Source: Raillietiella orientalis (taxonomy: Eukaryota). Taken from it: a DNA stretch of 59,019 bases. Location: contig JAYWIR010000042.1 in assembly GCA_036172245.1 (NCBI GenBank), forward strand, positions 1,798,001 through 1,857,019, given 5' to 3'. The notes under the pieces were generated by a model. That model was not told where the DNA came from. It made no database searches and worked only from the letters and a program-made list of their open reading frames with translations. Position numbers and translations under genes: made by a program. The stretch's first letter is position 1. Each line of letters begins with the position of its first letter. Below are positions 13,903-24,600 of the stretch, piece after piece.

Positions 13903-14469
13903 GCCTGTGCTTTCCACCTAAAATTCGTGTTTCTTCTTTTCTCTGTGCAGCATTTACGTTTCTATCAATTTATTTAATCTACGGCAGCTCAATGTGACTT
14001 TTCTGTAACTTTGTCCAATAGTCACAGATCTCAGATTCGAATACGAACGTGCTTTCACTGGAAGCCAGTCACACGAGAAGTCCTTTTGCCGGTGGAAACG
14101 GAGACTTGACCCGGTGGAATTTGAGAACCCATTGCAGGAGAGCGTCAAACTTTCCCCAAAGCTTGCCGTCTTAGAACAGACGAACTAGAAGAAGAGTAAT
14201 GCATTAAAGCCTGAAAAGGAATGCTTTTCGAAAACAATTTCGAAAAGCATTCCTTTCCACTCCAGCAAACGTCCCTTTTTTTTGCTCCCAAGATTTTACA
14301 AAATTTAACATTTCGATGATGGAGTGGAAGAACAAGGTAAACCTCTGTTCTCTGGGAAGAAATGATGTCAAGCTACTCCTTAAGGAAGGGTACGTGGTTA
14401 TTTTTTGTGCTATTGGAAGGAGAGCAGAGGGTTGAATCTGTGACGCTGGAGTGGCAGCTCCATGGATGT

Positions 14470-15878
14470 TTGCCATAGTGGCGAGGATTTGGAGCACGAA
14501 CTGGGGCGAGCCCGCACGATACCTGGTCAAGCGAGCCCTCGGCTACGTGGGACTGTTTTCGTTCCTGGCGCGGCGGTGCAGACGAAACGTGTCCAGCTGC
14601 GGAATGGAGCTCCGGCGGGCGGCCATCGCTGACCAGAAACAACAACTGGATCCTCTGCCGGTCTGCGAACGGTAGCGCCTGGTTGCAGGAAACCGTTCGC
14701 ACATGGGCCAAGGACAGCGAAGCGAGCACGGAGATGCGGTAGCGACTGCTGCACTCTTTCTACAACAACCGCTCGCTGCAGCACGTCATCGTGCGGTCCA
14801 TCACGTGTGCGTGGGTGCAAACAACCCCCCAAGCCCGGGCAGTGCCTTCCCTCTGGGAGCACCTGCGCAGTAACCGGCCGGTCAAATGGGAGGTCAGTGG
14901 TCGAAATCGGTCAGAAGACGAGGGAACTGGGTGCTTAAAACACGGCGCAGCTCGACGGACGCTGCGACCCCAACGGCCCCACCGAAGGGACTATTGCGCT
15001 GGGGCGAGCTGCTGGAATCCTACAAGAAGACTTCGAGTGGCCCCCAGCGCTGAAGGGTCCTCTCCCTGAACTGGCGCGAGTCGGCACTTCTCCTGTTGCA
15101 CTGCGGTATCCCGTACAACGCCCGCCGCTATCACTGGATCCAGGACGCTGTGGACCCCAACTATTCCAGGTGCGGGGAACGGGAATCCCTCCCGCGCCTG
15201 CTTGCTGACCGTGTTGCCCTCCGGTCCCTGTGTGGCCGCTCTACGCGACGGCCCTAGCTGCACAAACGAACAACCCCACGCACGCGACGAAGAAGCGCCT
15301 CTTCGTGCGCGATGCCCTTTCGCCTGCTGCGTCCCTAGCAGCTCTCATGGCTGCCTACGTGAAATTGTGGCGGCCTGGTGCTTAGGGGGAGGAGGACGGC
15401 ACGACAGGGACCACGCGCCATCTGCTTCGCCCTGTGCTTCCTGGGGACGGCAGCAAGATGGTCCCATCTGGGACACAAACAGAAGGCACTTGCCGGCATT
15501 CTGGAGAGGACGCAAAGAACGCCCTCCAGCGGACCGTGATCCCTTCCCCAACCCTCCCATCTTTTGTATACAGTGATTTGGTTTCTGTTTTCCCTTTTGT
15601 TTGCCCCCTACCCCTCCACTGTCGAGGCGAACCTCTCCGGCCTGCGTGCCGGTTGCTAAGCAGGTTCCGAACCTGCTGAGTGAGTGACTGCTGAAGGATG
15701 CAGATTGCATTTTTTCTTCTGATTTCTGAAACAGGCAACTCGCAGCTTGGGTGCCCAGCTTGGAACCTTCCGAGTAACCGGCAGGTTCCGTGCATTTTCG
15801 GACAATGTAGTGCCGATGGCCCAACACTTGTATGTTTATTTTTTATAATAAACATCCTGGTGTTACCGGGTGATAAAC
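14470..15878 (+). mobile_element. 5'-truncated, frameshifted L1/Tx1-like LINE, copy B, with ~120-bp insertion in the 3' UTR
   Basis: Nucleotide and peptide similarity to A and C (TDAATP..P.GL.RWGELL, WRESALLLLHCG, degenerate zf-RVT). Same TGATCCCTTCCC stop context (~15537), AATAAA at 15847-15852 and terminal hairpin. The 5' boundary is approximate. Confidence 0.8.
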
Positions 15879-15880
15879 TA

Positions 15881-15916
15881 AGCGTCGTGTTCTGAGGCGC
15901 TCGGACTCGGACGTGT
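15881..15916 (+). promoter_or_regulatory. Candidate internal Pol II promoter (DPE-type) at the 5' end of LINE copy C
   Basis: GGACGTG at 15909-15915 lies about +28 from the junction with copy B, the position and sequence of the DPE known from arthropod LINE internal promoters. The Inr match is poor. Confidence 0.45.
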
Positions 15917-17508
15917 CTTGTCAGCTCTCCCGACTCCCTGCTTTACTTGGTGTTGTCGCGTTGCTTCGGTGGTGGGTAGATGGCAGAATTGCCTGAATCT
16001 ACCACAAAAAAGTGTCAAGGGGACCATCGGAATATCGTCTCCCGTACCCCTGGAAGGGGGAACATCCGTCCCCGAAGCTTCATGTTTCTCGCCGGCGAGG
16101 GAATACAGTGCCGTGGTCGCCGCGCCCTCTGCAGCGGTAACGTCCGAGACCTACCAGGCTTACGGATACAACCCCAGCCCACTCCACAAGGTAGGCAGAG
16201 TTTTCGACGATCGCACTGAGTGTTCCTTCAAGAAGGAGCTGTGCAGATTGAACGTGAGGAAGAAAGACCTGAGGGGGCTCACGATCAGAAGCGGGGGTCT
16301 GTGCTAGACCTGTCTCCTTGCAGGTCAGCTTTGCGCGCTGAGACTGCTGCGAACTTCGAACTCCCTTGAAGATGGAAGACTTCCAGGTCTTTTCCGTTCC
16401 GATGGACTACTCTATCGTGGTCCACCTAAGGGGCATTACCGTACGGATGCCACCGAGCTCCGTAGGGGAAGAACTCAAAAAATTCTGCACCGTCCACGCG
16501 CAATGGGCAAAGCCCAACAGATTCCGTGCTTTGCTCCTGATGGGATCCTTAGTGGGCTCGCCGCGGTGCGCATCACGGTGGCAAAGGACTTAGGACTTCC
16601 CCACAGTCTGGTGGTCCGAGGAGAACCCATCGACCTCTGGTACTTGGGGAAGCGCAAGTACTGCGGAAATTGCGAGGCCGCGGAGCACGTCAAAAAAAAA
16701 TGCTCCAACATCGCATGCTGCCAGTGCGATTCGAAGGGGCACACCGAAGAAGTGGGCGAGCTGCTCGCCATCCCCATGGATGTGCTGAAGTGGCCCCCGG
16801 TGATGTTAGAATCCAGGATCCTGCCCCTTAAGTGGCAAGAGTCGGCGTTGCTGCTGTTGCACTGGGGTTTACCCTGCAACGCACGCCGCTTCCACTGGAC
16901 AAAGGGAGCTGTGGATCCTGCGTGTGCCAGGTGTGGGAAGCGAGAATCGCTCCCCCACCTTATTTTAGATTGTGCTGCCCTCCGACCCCTTTGGGAACGG
17001 TTTGGGTCGACCCTGGGTCTCCCGACGGGCAGCGTCCCCAGAGACGTTTTCCGCCTCCTCTTCGTGCGGGACGCCCTGCAGCCAGCCGCAGCCCTCGCAG
17101 CACTTTGCTGCGTCCGAGGCATCGTGGCGGCCTGGAGCGAGGCCAACTACGAAGATCGGGACATGAACGAGAGGGAAGTCATCCCGCATGCAATAAGCTT
17201 CATGCGGAGAGCTGCGAGATGGCCCCATCTGGGAAGTATGCAGACGGACCTCGAGGGCTTCCTCCGACGGATGGGCCCTCCCCCCAGTGAACCGTGATCC
17301 CTTCCCTGCCCTCCAACTTCTTTTTGTTTTCCTTATTTTTTATTTTTCTTCTTGTTTTTCCCACATCCCCTTTCACTGCTGAGGAGTGCCACGCCGGGCT
17401 GCGTCCCGGCGTCCCGGCAGGTCCCGTGTCCATGGCCGTAGTGGGGCCTTGTAACACGATTGTAGAGTTTGCTTAATAAACGCCCCGGGCGTACCCGGGT
17501 GGTAACAC
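15881..17508 (+). mobile_element. Internally deleted (RT-less) L1/Tx1-like LINE, copy C: 5' UTR, frameshifted ORF1 (RRM-like plus CCHC knuckles) fused in frame to ORF2 zf-RVT C-terminus, 3' UTR
   Basis: ORF1-type segments YSAVVA, VVHLRGIT, LPHSLVVRGEPIDLWYLG, knuckle CGNCEAAEHVKKKC (16662-16703) and truncated CCQCDSKGH join at ~16752 to GELLAIP...CARCGKRESLPHLILDC...; stop at 17297. Same 3' structure as A and B. Confidence 0.85.
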
Positions 17509-18826
17509 CGAAGAAGTGTGCCCTCAAAAGGTTCCTTCGGTAGATTACTACAAATCCAGATTTTCTTGAAGGAGTCATACCAGTCCTATCGTTTTAACTG
17601 CACTGCATTCTTCTCATTTGCAGTTACGTAAATATCTGTGCATGTTATGGAAGGGAACACAAATTTTGCTTGTAGTTTTACACAACTATCGACTTGCTTT
17701 TCTGCTAGATCTGAGTGGAAGATGTTTCAGAACCAGGACTTGTAACCAACAGAGCATTGAGAAGACGTGGTCGCTTTTCGAGTGATCAAATTGGGTATAA
17801 GACAACATAGTTAGGAGTTCTGAATGATTATGAAAGAATCAGTACTTAGTATCGAAACACGATATTAGATGAAAGGGTATATGAAGTGGGTTCTTCCAAC
17901 AGGAGAAAAACAAAGTGAAATAAATAGAGAGATCACCATAAAAGATTGAAAATTGAAAGTGGAAATGCCTGCTGTTGAAAAGTTTCCATTTGCTTAGTTC
18001 ATCAGAAGGGAAAAGGAAAAGTTCCATCAACGACAGTACATCACTCTGTTTAGGAAAGTTGGAAGCATTTGCAGAAACATTCGAAGACATCAATTTTCCT
18101 ATACATTTGATAAATTGGGATTCTATCTAGCTAACGGTGAATGAGTGCAGAACTCGTAATTCGAAGAGAAGTTTTTGACTGATGAATTCGCAAAGTGCAG
18201 AGGCAAAGCATTCCTAAACGTAGAGCACGTCTTCCGGAATTTGTTCTTCAGCGAGATACGTGCAACCTCCATCACGGCAGCCTCATTCCGCCGCACACCT
18301 ATACAGTCCACATCTTCGTCTTTCTGCTTTCGCAAATGCCGCGCGATGCGTCCGTTGCAAATTTTCGGAGCTTCGTGTCCTGGGACCGAAGCCAACGGGC
18401 TGTTCCAGAGGTCCCAGCACGGTGAATCCCTCCGAGGTCACAGACGGAAGCGTGGCGTCCCTTGCCACAGGACGCTTTTTTCCTGGACGCCCTTGGATTG
18501 CGGGACTGAGTGGAACTCTTTGGAACGTGGAATGATTCTTCCGACTGCAGGGTCAACGCGACTGCCAACACCTCCGTCGCAGGAGCACGTCGTTCTGCAC
18601 ACCGCGGAAGGTGTTCTTCCCCGGGCGCGCCGTGCAGCGGTCCGAGCCGCACGGCGCGCAGGGATGCCTCGACGCGGATGCCTCGCAGGTGGTGCCGCGG
18701 CATAGCCCCCGCAGCTTCCTCGAAAAGGACCGTTTGCAAAAGGAGAAGTGTGGTGGAATTCAGAATGTTTCCCAGGTCGCAGCCACACGGTTCGTGCGAC
18801 ACCCTCTGATGCACACAATCTCTCTC

Positions 18827-21800
18827 ATGGAGCCGATAACATTGTCGAAAGGTAACGATTTCTCGGCTTGCGGGACCCGCGTGTTTTTTTTGCACGGCAA
18901 TACCTTCGTTACAGAATATTAAAAGTCGTTAACGCCTTCTTCTCCTGTGTGATTTATTGCGTTGATCATTACGGATCCTTCGGTTTTTGTTGTAGACAGA
19001 CTTTGCAGATTTGTTATAACAAGTTTTGTGTGTCGTTTGGATTCGGTTCTTGTATGTATCTTCAGAATCTTTCTCGTGAAACCACCAAGTTTTGTGATGT
19101 CGCTTCCCCTGAAATTTTCTAGGAAAACGGGATGGTTGTTGTTCAAGAAAGCTGCTAATTTTAGTTTGTTTTTCAGATGTGAAAAGAGCGGTCGAATTAC
19201 TGGATAGGCTGCAAAAAAGTACATATATTTTACTATTTCGGAATGCTTGAAATGTTTGTTGTGCATGTACGTATAACGTGGGATATGCAACTGCCAGTGC
19301 ACGTTGTTGAGAATTATCATGTCATAAGGTATTTTTAAAGATGTGTTGATGTTCTCTAGGTGGAGAAGTACCTACAGCAAAATTAGCTGCATTGCAAAAG
19401 ATTTTGCAGAGCGAATTCTTCAATGCTGTTAGAGAAGTTTATGAACATGTAAGTGAAACCGTTGAAATATCTGGATCTCCAGAAGTTCGGGCATCAGCAA
19501 CTGCAAAGGCAAGTGGTTTTTGTTTGTTTGATTTGTCTTCACACTTTGTACATCATACTCCAGTCAGTATTATGTATTATTATACTGAACAAATGGAAGT
19601 ATGGACCCTGTTATCAAGTCTTAAAAGTCCATGCTTCAAACAGCATCTGAAGTAAATGAATGTTCTGAACTGAGATAAACAAATTTTGCTTTTGCTTACA
19701 GCCATACAGTTTCTAAGCTAGTTAGTCCATTTATAGTATTCTAAAATACTGTTTATGAGTTTTTGTTAGATAATTTTCATTTCATGTAAAATAATTTCAT
19801 TTTATATGAAAAAAAAAAATAGGTTGCTTTGTTTATGAATAGCATGGACCTCAAATTAAAAGGAAAAAAAGTGTAAACGCATATCAGAAAAATGCTGCCC
19901 ATCTACAAAATAAGTTTACATTGTCTTTGTTGTATAGGTAGAAGGGGTTGTACAGCTATGACAGTTAAATGTTATGAAGCATCAGCATTTTACTAAAGAG
20001 AGGAAATTGTCATGATGAAATTAGTTATCAAAAGATGCTGACTACTTTCTGTTAATGTTTTTTAGGAAATATCTTCTTGCAAAAGATCTGTTTAAATGAA
20101 GTGTCAACTTTTAAACTAACAGTTGCATATTTCATGTTCAACTGTTTTATTGTTTACCTTCTATTTGTTTTCATTTCCTTTGTGCTTAAAAAAAACGAAA
20201 TTGGAGCATCAGCAGAGTTCAGTTGAGAATTTGTGTTTTCAGGGACAATAGTTTTAGCAACATATGCTTTCTTTTTTTCTCTTTTTCTTTAAGATGTTGA
20301 TATAATTATTCAAAAACGTTCTTGCTGATTGTACTCAGCAGTTTCAAATTTTGGATTACACTTGACCATTGAACATTGAATTTTAATCACAGTTTTGATT
20401 GTTTCATAAAACAATTTTGATTGTTTTATGAAACATCTGAAATCCTTAATCTCACATGTATGAGTAAAACTTGGAAATGCAGAAATGCAAGAAATTTCCA
20501 TTCGATGCATAATTTCAGGTAATTAAAAAGAAAATCAATTATTCTTCACCAAGTCATAGGTTGGAGTTTTATTGCTTGTGCCCAAATTGAAAGTTCATGT
20601 TATGGAAATGATTATCCTAACAAGTTATGGCATTTCTAAAATAACGAAATCTTGTGCGAAAATTGCAAAAAATTATAACATGTGGTTGATTAGTAGGTAA
20701 ACTCAAATGGTAAATTTAAAAAAATGGATCACTTTATGTTTTTCCGTAATTTTCATTTTGTCTCCATCAATTTCTGTTTGTTTTTCTTTTGTGTTTTCTT
20801 TTTGCACATTGATTCATACCTTTACAGCAGTTTTGTTTTGTATGAGTTATATTTGTAGGTTGCATTTACATGCATACCTATGCACACAGTTGATAAATAT
20901 TTTTTTGTTCTGTTACTCATCTGTTTTCCTTTGTTAATTGGGAATAGACAATTGAAGCATCATGAAAGAAAACTTAATCTGGGTAGTTTCAGGTATTATT
21001 AGGTGAATAAAGATCAATTTCTAGTGGATTATAAATTAATGCTTTGAACTTTTTTTCATAAAGCAAAATGAAAATAAGAACTTATAGAGCATTACAGTCT
21101 AGGATCCCAAGTAAATTTTAATTACAATGAAGGATACGTTTTCATAGGAGTCAAAACATTTGTACAGCATTTAAGTAGAATTATGTTTAAATGGCCTTTT
21201 TTTGTGTGTCGCACACCAACCGTCTCCCAACCATTTAAGGATAAAGATGGAGGTTGTCATTCACGTGTATTAAAATTAATGTGAACTTTCATTAACAATA
21301 CATGATTATGTTCTGTTATGATGATAGACTTACAATGTTGATGATGTTTTGTGATCAAGATAGGGAAGGTACATATCGAGATGTGATTTGGATAGATCAT
21401 CCATTTCATAGTTCATGCAATCATTTCCTTAGACAAGTTTGCAATGAAAAAAATTGGTGTTTGTTCTCTTGAATTCAAAGTAGTCTTGTGATTTCTTCAG
21501 AATCTATTTGATTACTTATTTAATTAATCCTTTTCATCATATAGTGAAGACTTGGACTTTATTGATGAAGGAAAAACTGGTATTATTATATTTTAAAGCT
21601 AAATCAAAAAATACCAAAAAAATACCTACTGAGTTTTTGTTAGTTTGTATCCATCTGTGCCTCCGTTTTGAGAGGATCAAACACGAACTTCATAAGGTTT
21701 TGTTCTGTTTTGTTCTTGATCCTAGTTTATGAAATATTGGAGTGCAGATAAACACTTAAAAATTTGTATCTTGAAGAATTATTGAAAGTAATTTCCATGG

Positions 21801-22990
21801 TCAGGAGTTTATAGAAAAACTCCATTATTGAATGAGGTGTTTATGTAAATCAAAATACTGACGTGATAATAACAATTTTCCGTGTAAGTCGAATATGTGA
21901 GAGCATCGAAATTTCGTCTTCTCCCACGTACTGTTCATGTCTCAAGTGCTGCTCACGGGGTCACGCTCAAGTGCTGTTAAAGGGTTATTCTCTACTCGCG
22001 GTTAGACCGTGTACTCGTGAATGGTGAAAAGAGGATCTGATTGCAATCGGATCTTTCAGTGTCTCATGATGCAGGATCGAAACTGACGGTACATCTTTGT
22101 AATTCGAGATGACAAAGTACCAGAGTTGTAGTTTTCCTCCAAGCGGAAAAAGCACCATTCAAATACTCTTACTGCCTCGCCGAAATTTTAAATCTTACAA
22201 ATCAATTTTCATTCCCTGATTTATTTTTATTTTTCCAGAAAAAGAACTGCTTGCACATGGATTTGCACATCGGTGCATAGTAGAGTTTTCTTATTTTTGG
22301 TCGAATAAATTATTGACTTCGTGTACCAATTGTTCCTCGTTGTCTCTGCGATCATAATATTGTGTTTGAAAACCAAAAAATAGCGTCTTGTCGTTTTTAA
22401 TGAAAAAGTGTAGGATGCACCAAGCTGAGGTCCGTGTGGACTTCGTACTCCGAGCGCACAGCTGATGCACGCGGCCTTCCAAATCCTCGTGTTTAAAATC
22501 CCATTTTGAAATTTTGGATCCCGCTGCATTCACAGCATCGGATTCTTTTTGTAAACCGTGATTCTTACGATTTTCAGGCAACAGTTGCTGCATTTGCCGC
22601 CAGTGAAGGACACACCCATCCCAGAGTGGTTGAACTGCCCAAAACTGATGAAGGACTTGGTTTCAATGTCATGGGAGGCAGAGAACAGAATTCACCCATA
22701 TACATCAGTCGCATTATTCCCGGAGGGGTTGCAGATAGACATGGAGGTCTGAAAAGAGGAGACCAGCTTTTGTCGGTCAATGGGACTGTAAGTGCACGAA
22801 CTGCTCAAATAATTCCATAGTTGGATTCTTGTAGTCTGTAGAAGGTGAACCCCATGAAAAGGCAGTTAATCTTCTGAAGGCATCTCGTGGATCCGTTAAA
22901 TTAGTTGTTCGTTATACTCCAAAAGTACTCGAGGAAATGGAAATGAGATTTGACCGCCAAAGACATGCATCCAGAATGCAGCACTACTAG
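18827..22990 (+). CDS. lin-7: Protein Lin-7 / Veli / MALS (L27 + PDZ); exons 18827-18851, 19177-19218, 19360-19508, 22578-22787, 22835-22990
   Basis: Spliced protein [52 protein letters not shown]...[38 protein letters not shown]...[28 protein letters not shown]. All phases are consistent; intron 3 is GC-AG; an in-frame alternative ATG lies at 18809. Confidence 0.96.
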
Positions 22991-23002
22991 TTTTTATGCC
23001 CA

Positions 23003-23008
23003 AATAAA
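23003..23008 (+). terminator. Polyadenylation signal of lin-7
   Basis: AATAAA 12 nt after the stop codon. Confidence 0.55.
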
Positions 23009-23105
23009 GTGCCCATGCACGTTTTCATGCCAGCCTGTATTGAAGATCTTCCAAAGATGATATAGGTTCAGCATGTTTTTGCGAAACGCACGTTGCTTTG
23101 GCAGA

Positions 23106-24600
23106 TTTTTTTTTTTTTTTAGAAAAAAAAAAAAAAAAATAGGAACTTATTTGTAAGCAATTCTTTCGCAGAGTTGAATTATGGATGAGCAAACTTCATC
23201 CCTGTAGCGTTCGTGTATTTGGACGGAGCGAGAAGGCTGTTGTCGGCATTGATGTTCAATAAAAGGGGAAAAGGAGTTGTCGGAACGCATCGTGTAAGAC
23301 ATGGGAGTCGACATACCCAAAGATTCAGGATGACGAGTATGCGGGCCATAAAACATGCCATGTAATTTGTTTTCTTCGTTTTTCTAAGTGACTTGCGGTG
23401 TTTACTGATTAGGTCATGCAATGGATCATTTATGCCACTAGTGGCCGATGCCCCAAACAGAGAAGCTGTACCTTCCCTTTCAAAGAGCGGTTTTGGGGAG
23501 ACAATGTAACGGGTCCACGAGGTCATTTTTACTTGACGTACTAATCATCAGTTGTGAGATCAACTGATTTCGGTTTCAAAGGATGGGACACAAGTCAGGG
23601 AAAATGAGCACGTCCATGTCGATTGATTGTAAAATCTGTCAGCTTGTACACCGAGTTTTGGGCTCCCCAAGTGAAACCACCGTGACCTTTACTTTCATAC
23701 TGTTGTAGTCTTGCTGTAGGAAATTCGTATGTCCGCAAACTTGTCAAGGGTATCTTAATGAATTGGCCGTTTGTTTCGCTGAGTATATCTCAAGATCAAA
23801 ACAGAATGGTACTTGCCGAATAGGCGAAACGGATTCTTGCAAACAGTATGTTCGATAATTGTTTCGTTGCTTGCAAAAGAACTCTTCCGGATCGAATAGA
23901 CCTCTTCTCCCCCCTACCCGCCCCCCACCCCTTACTGAAGTCTCCAAACTACTAAGTTGTGAAGATCTTGGAGACCTTGAAATACAAGTCACCAGTTGCA
24001 GCCACAGAAAGCTATTAAAAGCCTGTAAGAAATATAACGAATCTTCCAGGTAAAACAAACGACAGTGCCCTAGGAGGAGTGCTACAAGAAAGCAACATTC
24101 CAAAGTACTATTCGCCAGTACAGATCCATCTAGCATTCTTCACGACAGGTTTTGCCATAAGGTCGGATATCAAAAGTGGAAAATGGTCAAAAGCTAAGGA
24201 GGTCACTACCTCTGAAGGAGGAGACTGCCGCAAACAAGTACGGAACGGTCCATCAAGAGTTCTCCCCAGCAGTTGCTTAAAGGAATTATCAAATCTGAAC
24301 AACATGCGAAAAGAATCGAAAAGGGATGCTGATGCATACGCCCTGTAACTTCAGCCACAGTTAAAATAAATAAAATAAGAAAAAATGAGATGTGCGTAAG
24401 GGATGCCGAGCCGAGTACATGCGAAAAGTTAAGCCAACAACCAGATTTTGAGGAAGAATGGATAAAGGAAACTCAGTCTGCCAAAAACTCCCGGAGTGAA
24501 TCCGAATTGGCATTCGAATTTACTCCGGGAGACTCCAAAAGTGAATCAAACATAACGGTGACCTTACTCTTCCCAAAGATCTAATGACCGAATTCCAGCG
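23106..24600 (-). mobile_element. Highly decayed L1-like LINE 3' half with probable poly(A) tail; may extend further right
   Basis: Minus-strand remnants in order: AYASASLFDSFRMLFRFDNSF (RT motif 3-like), GPFRTCLRQSPPS...LAFDHF (motif 4-like), KGHGGF, a weak zf-RVT-like segment, stop at 23147, and a T15 run on + (A15 on -) at 23106-23120. Confidence 0.4.

Noticed and set aside
13831..15756. 72-bp inverted repeats read as TIRs of a 1.9-kb DNA transposon
   Set aside because: No target-site duplication (cac vs agc), no transposase, and the LINE 3' UTR continues on both sides of the right arm, which fits an insertion better.
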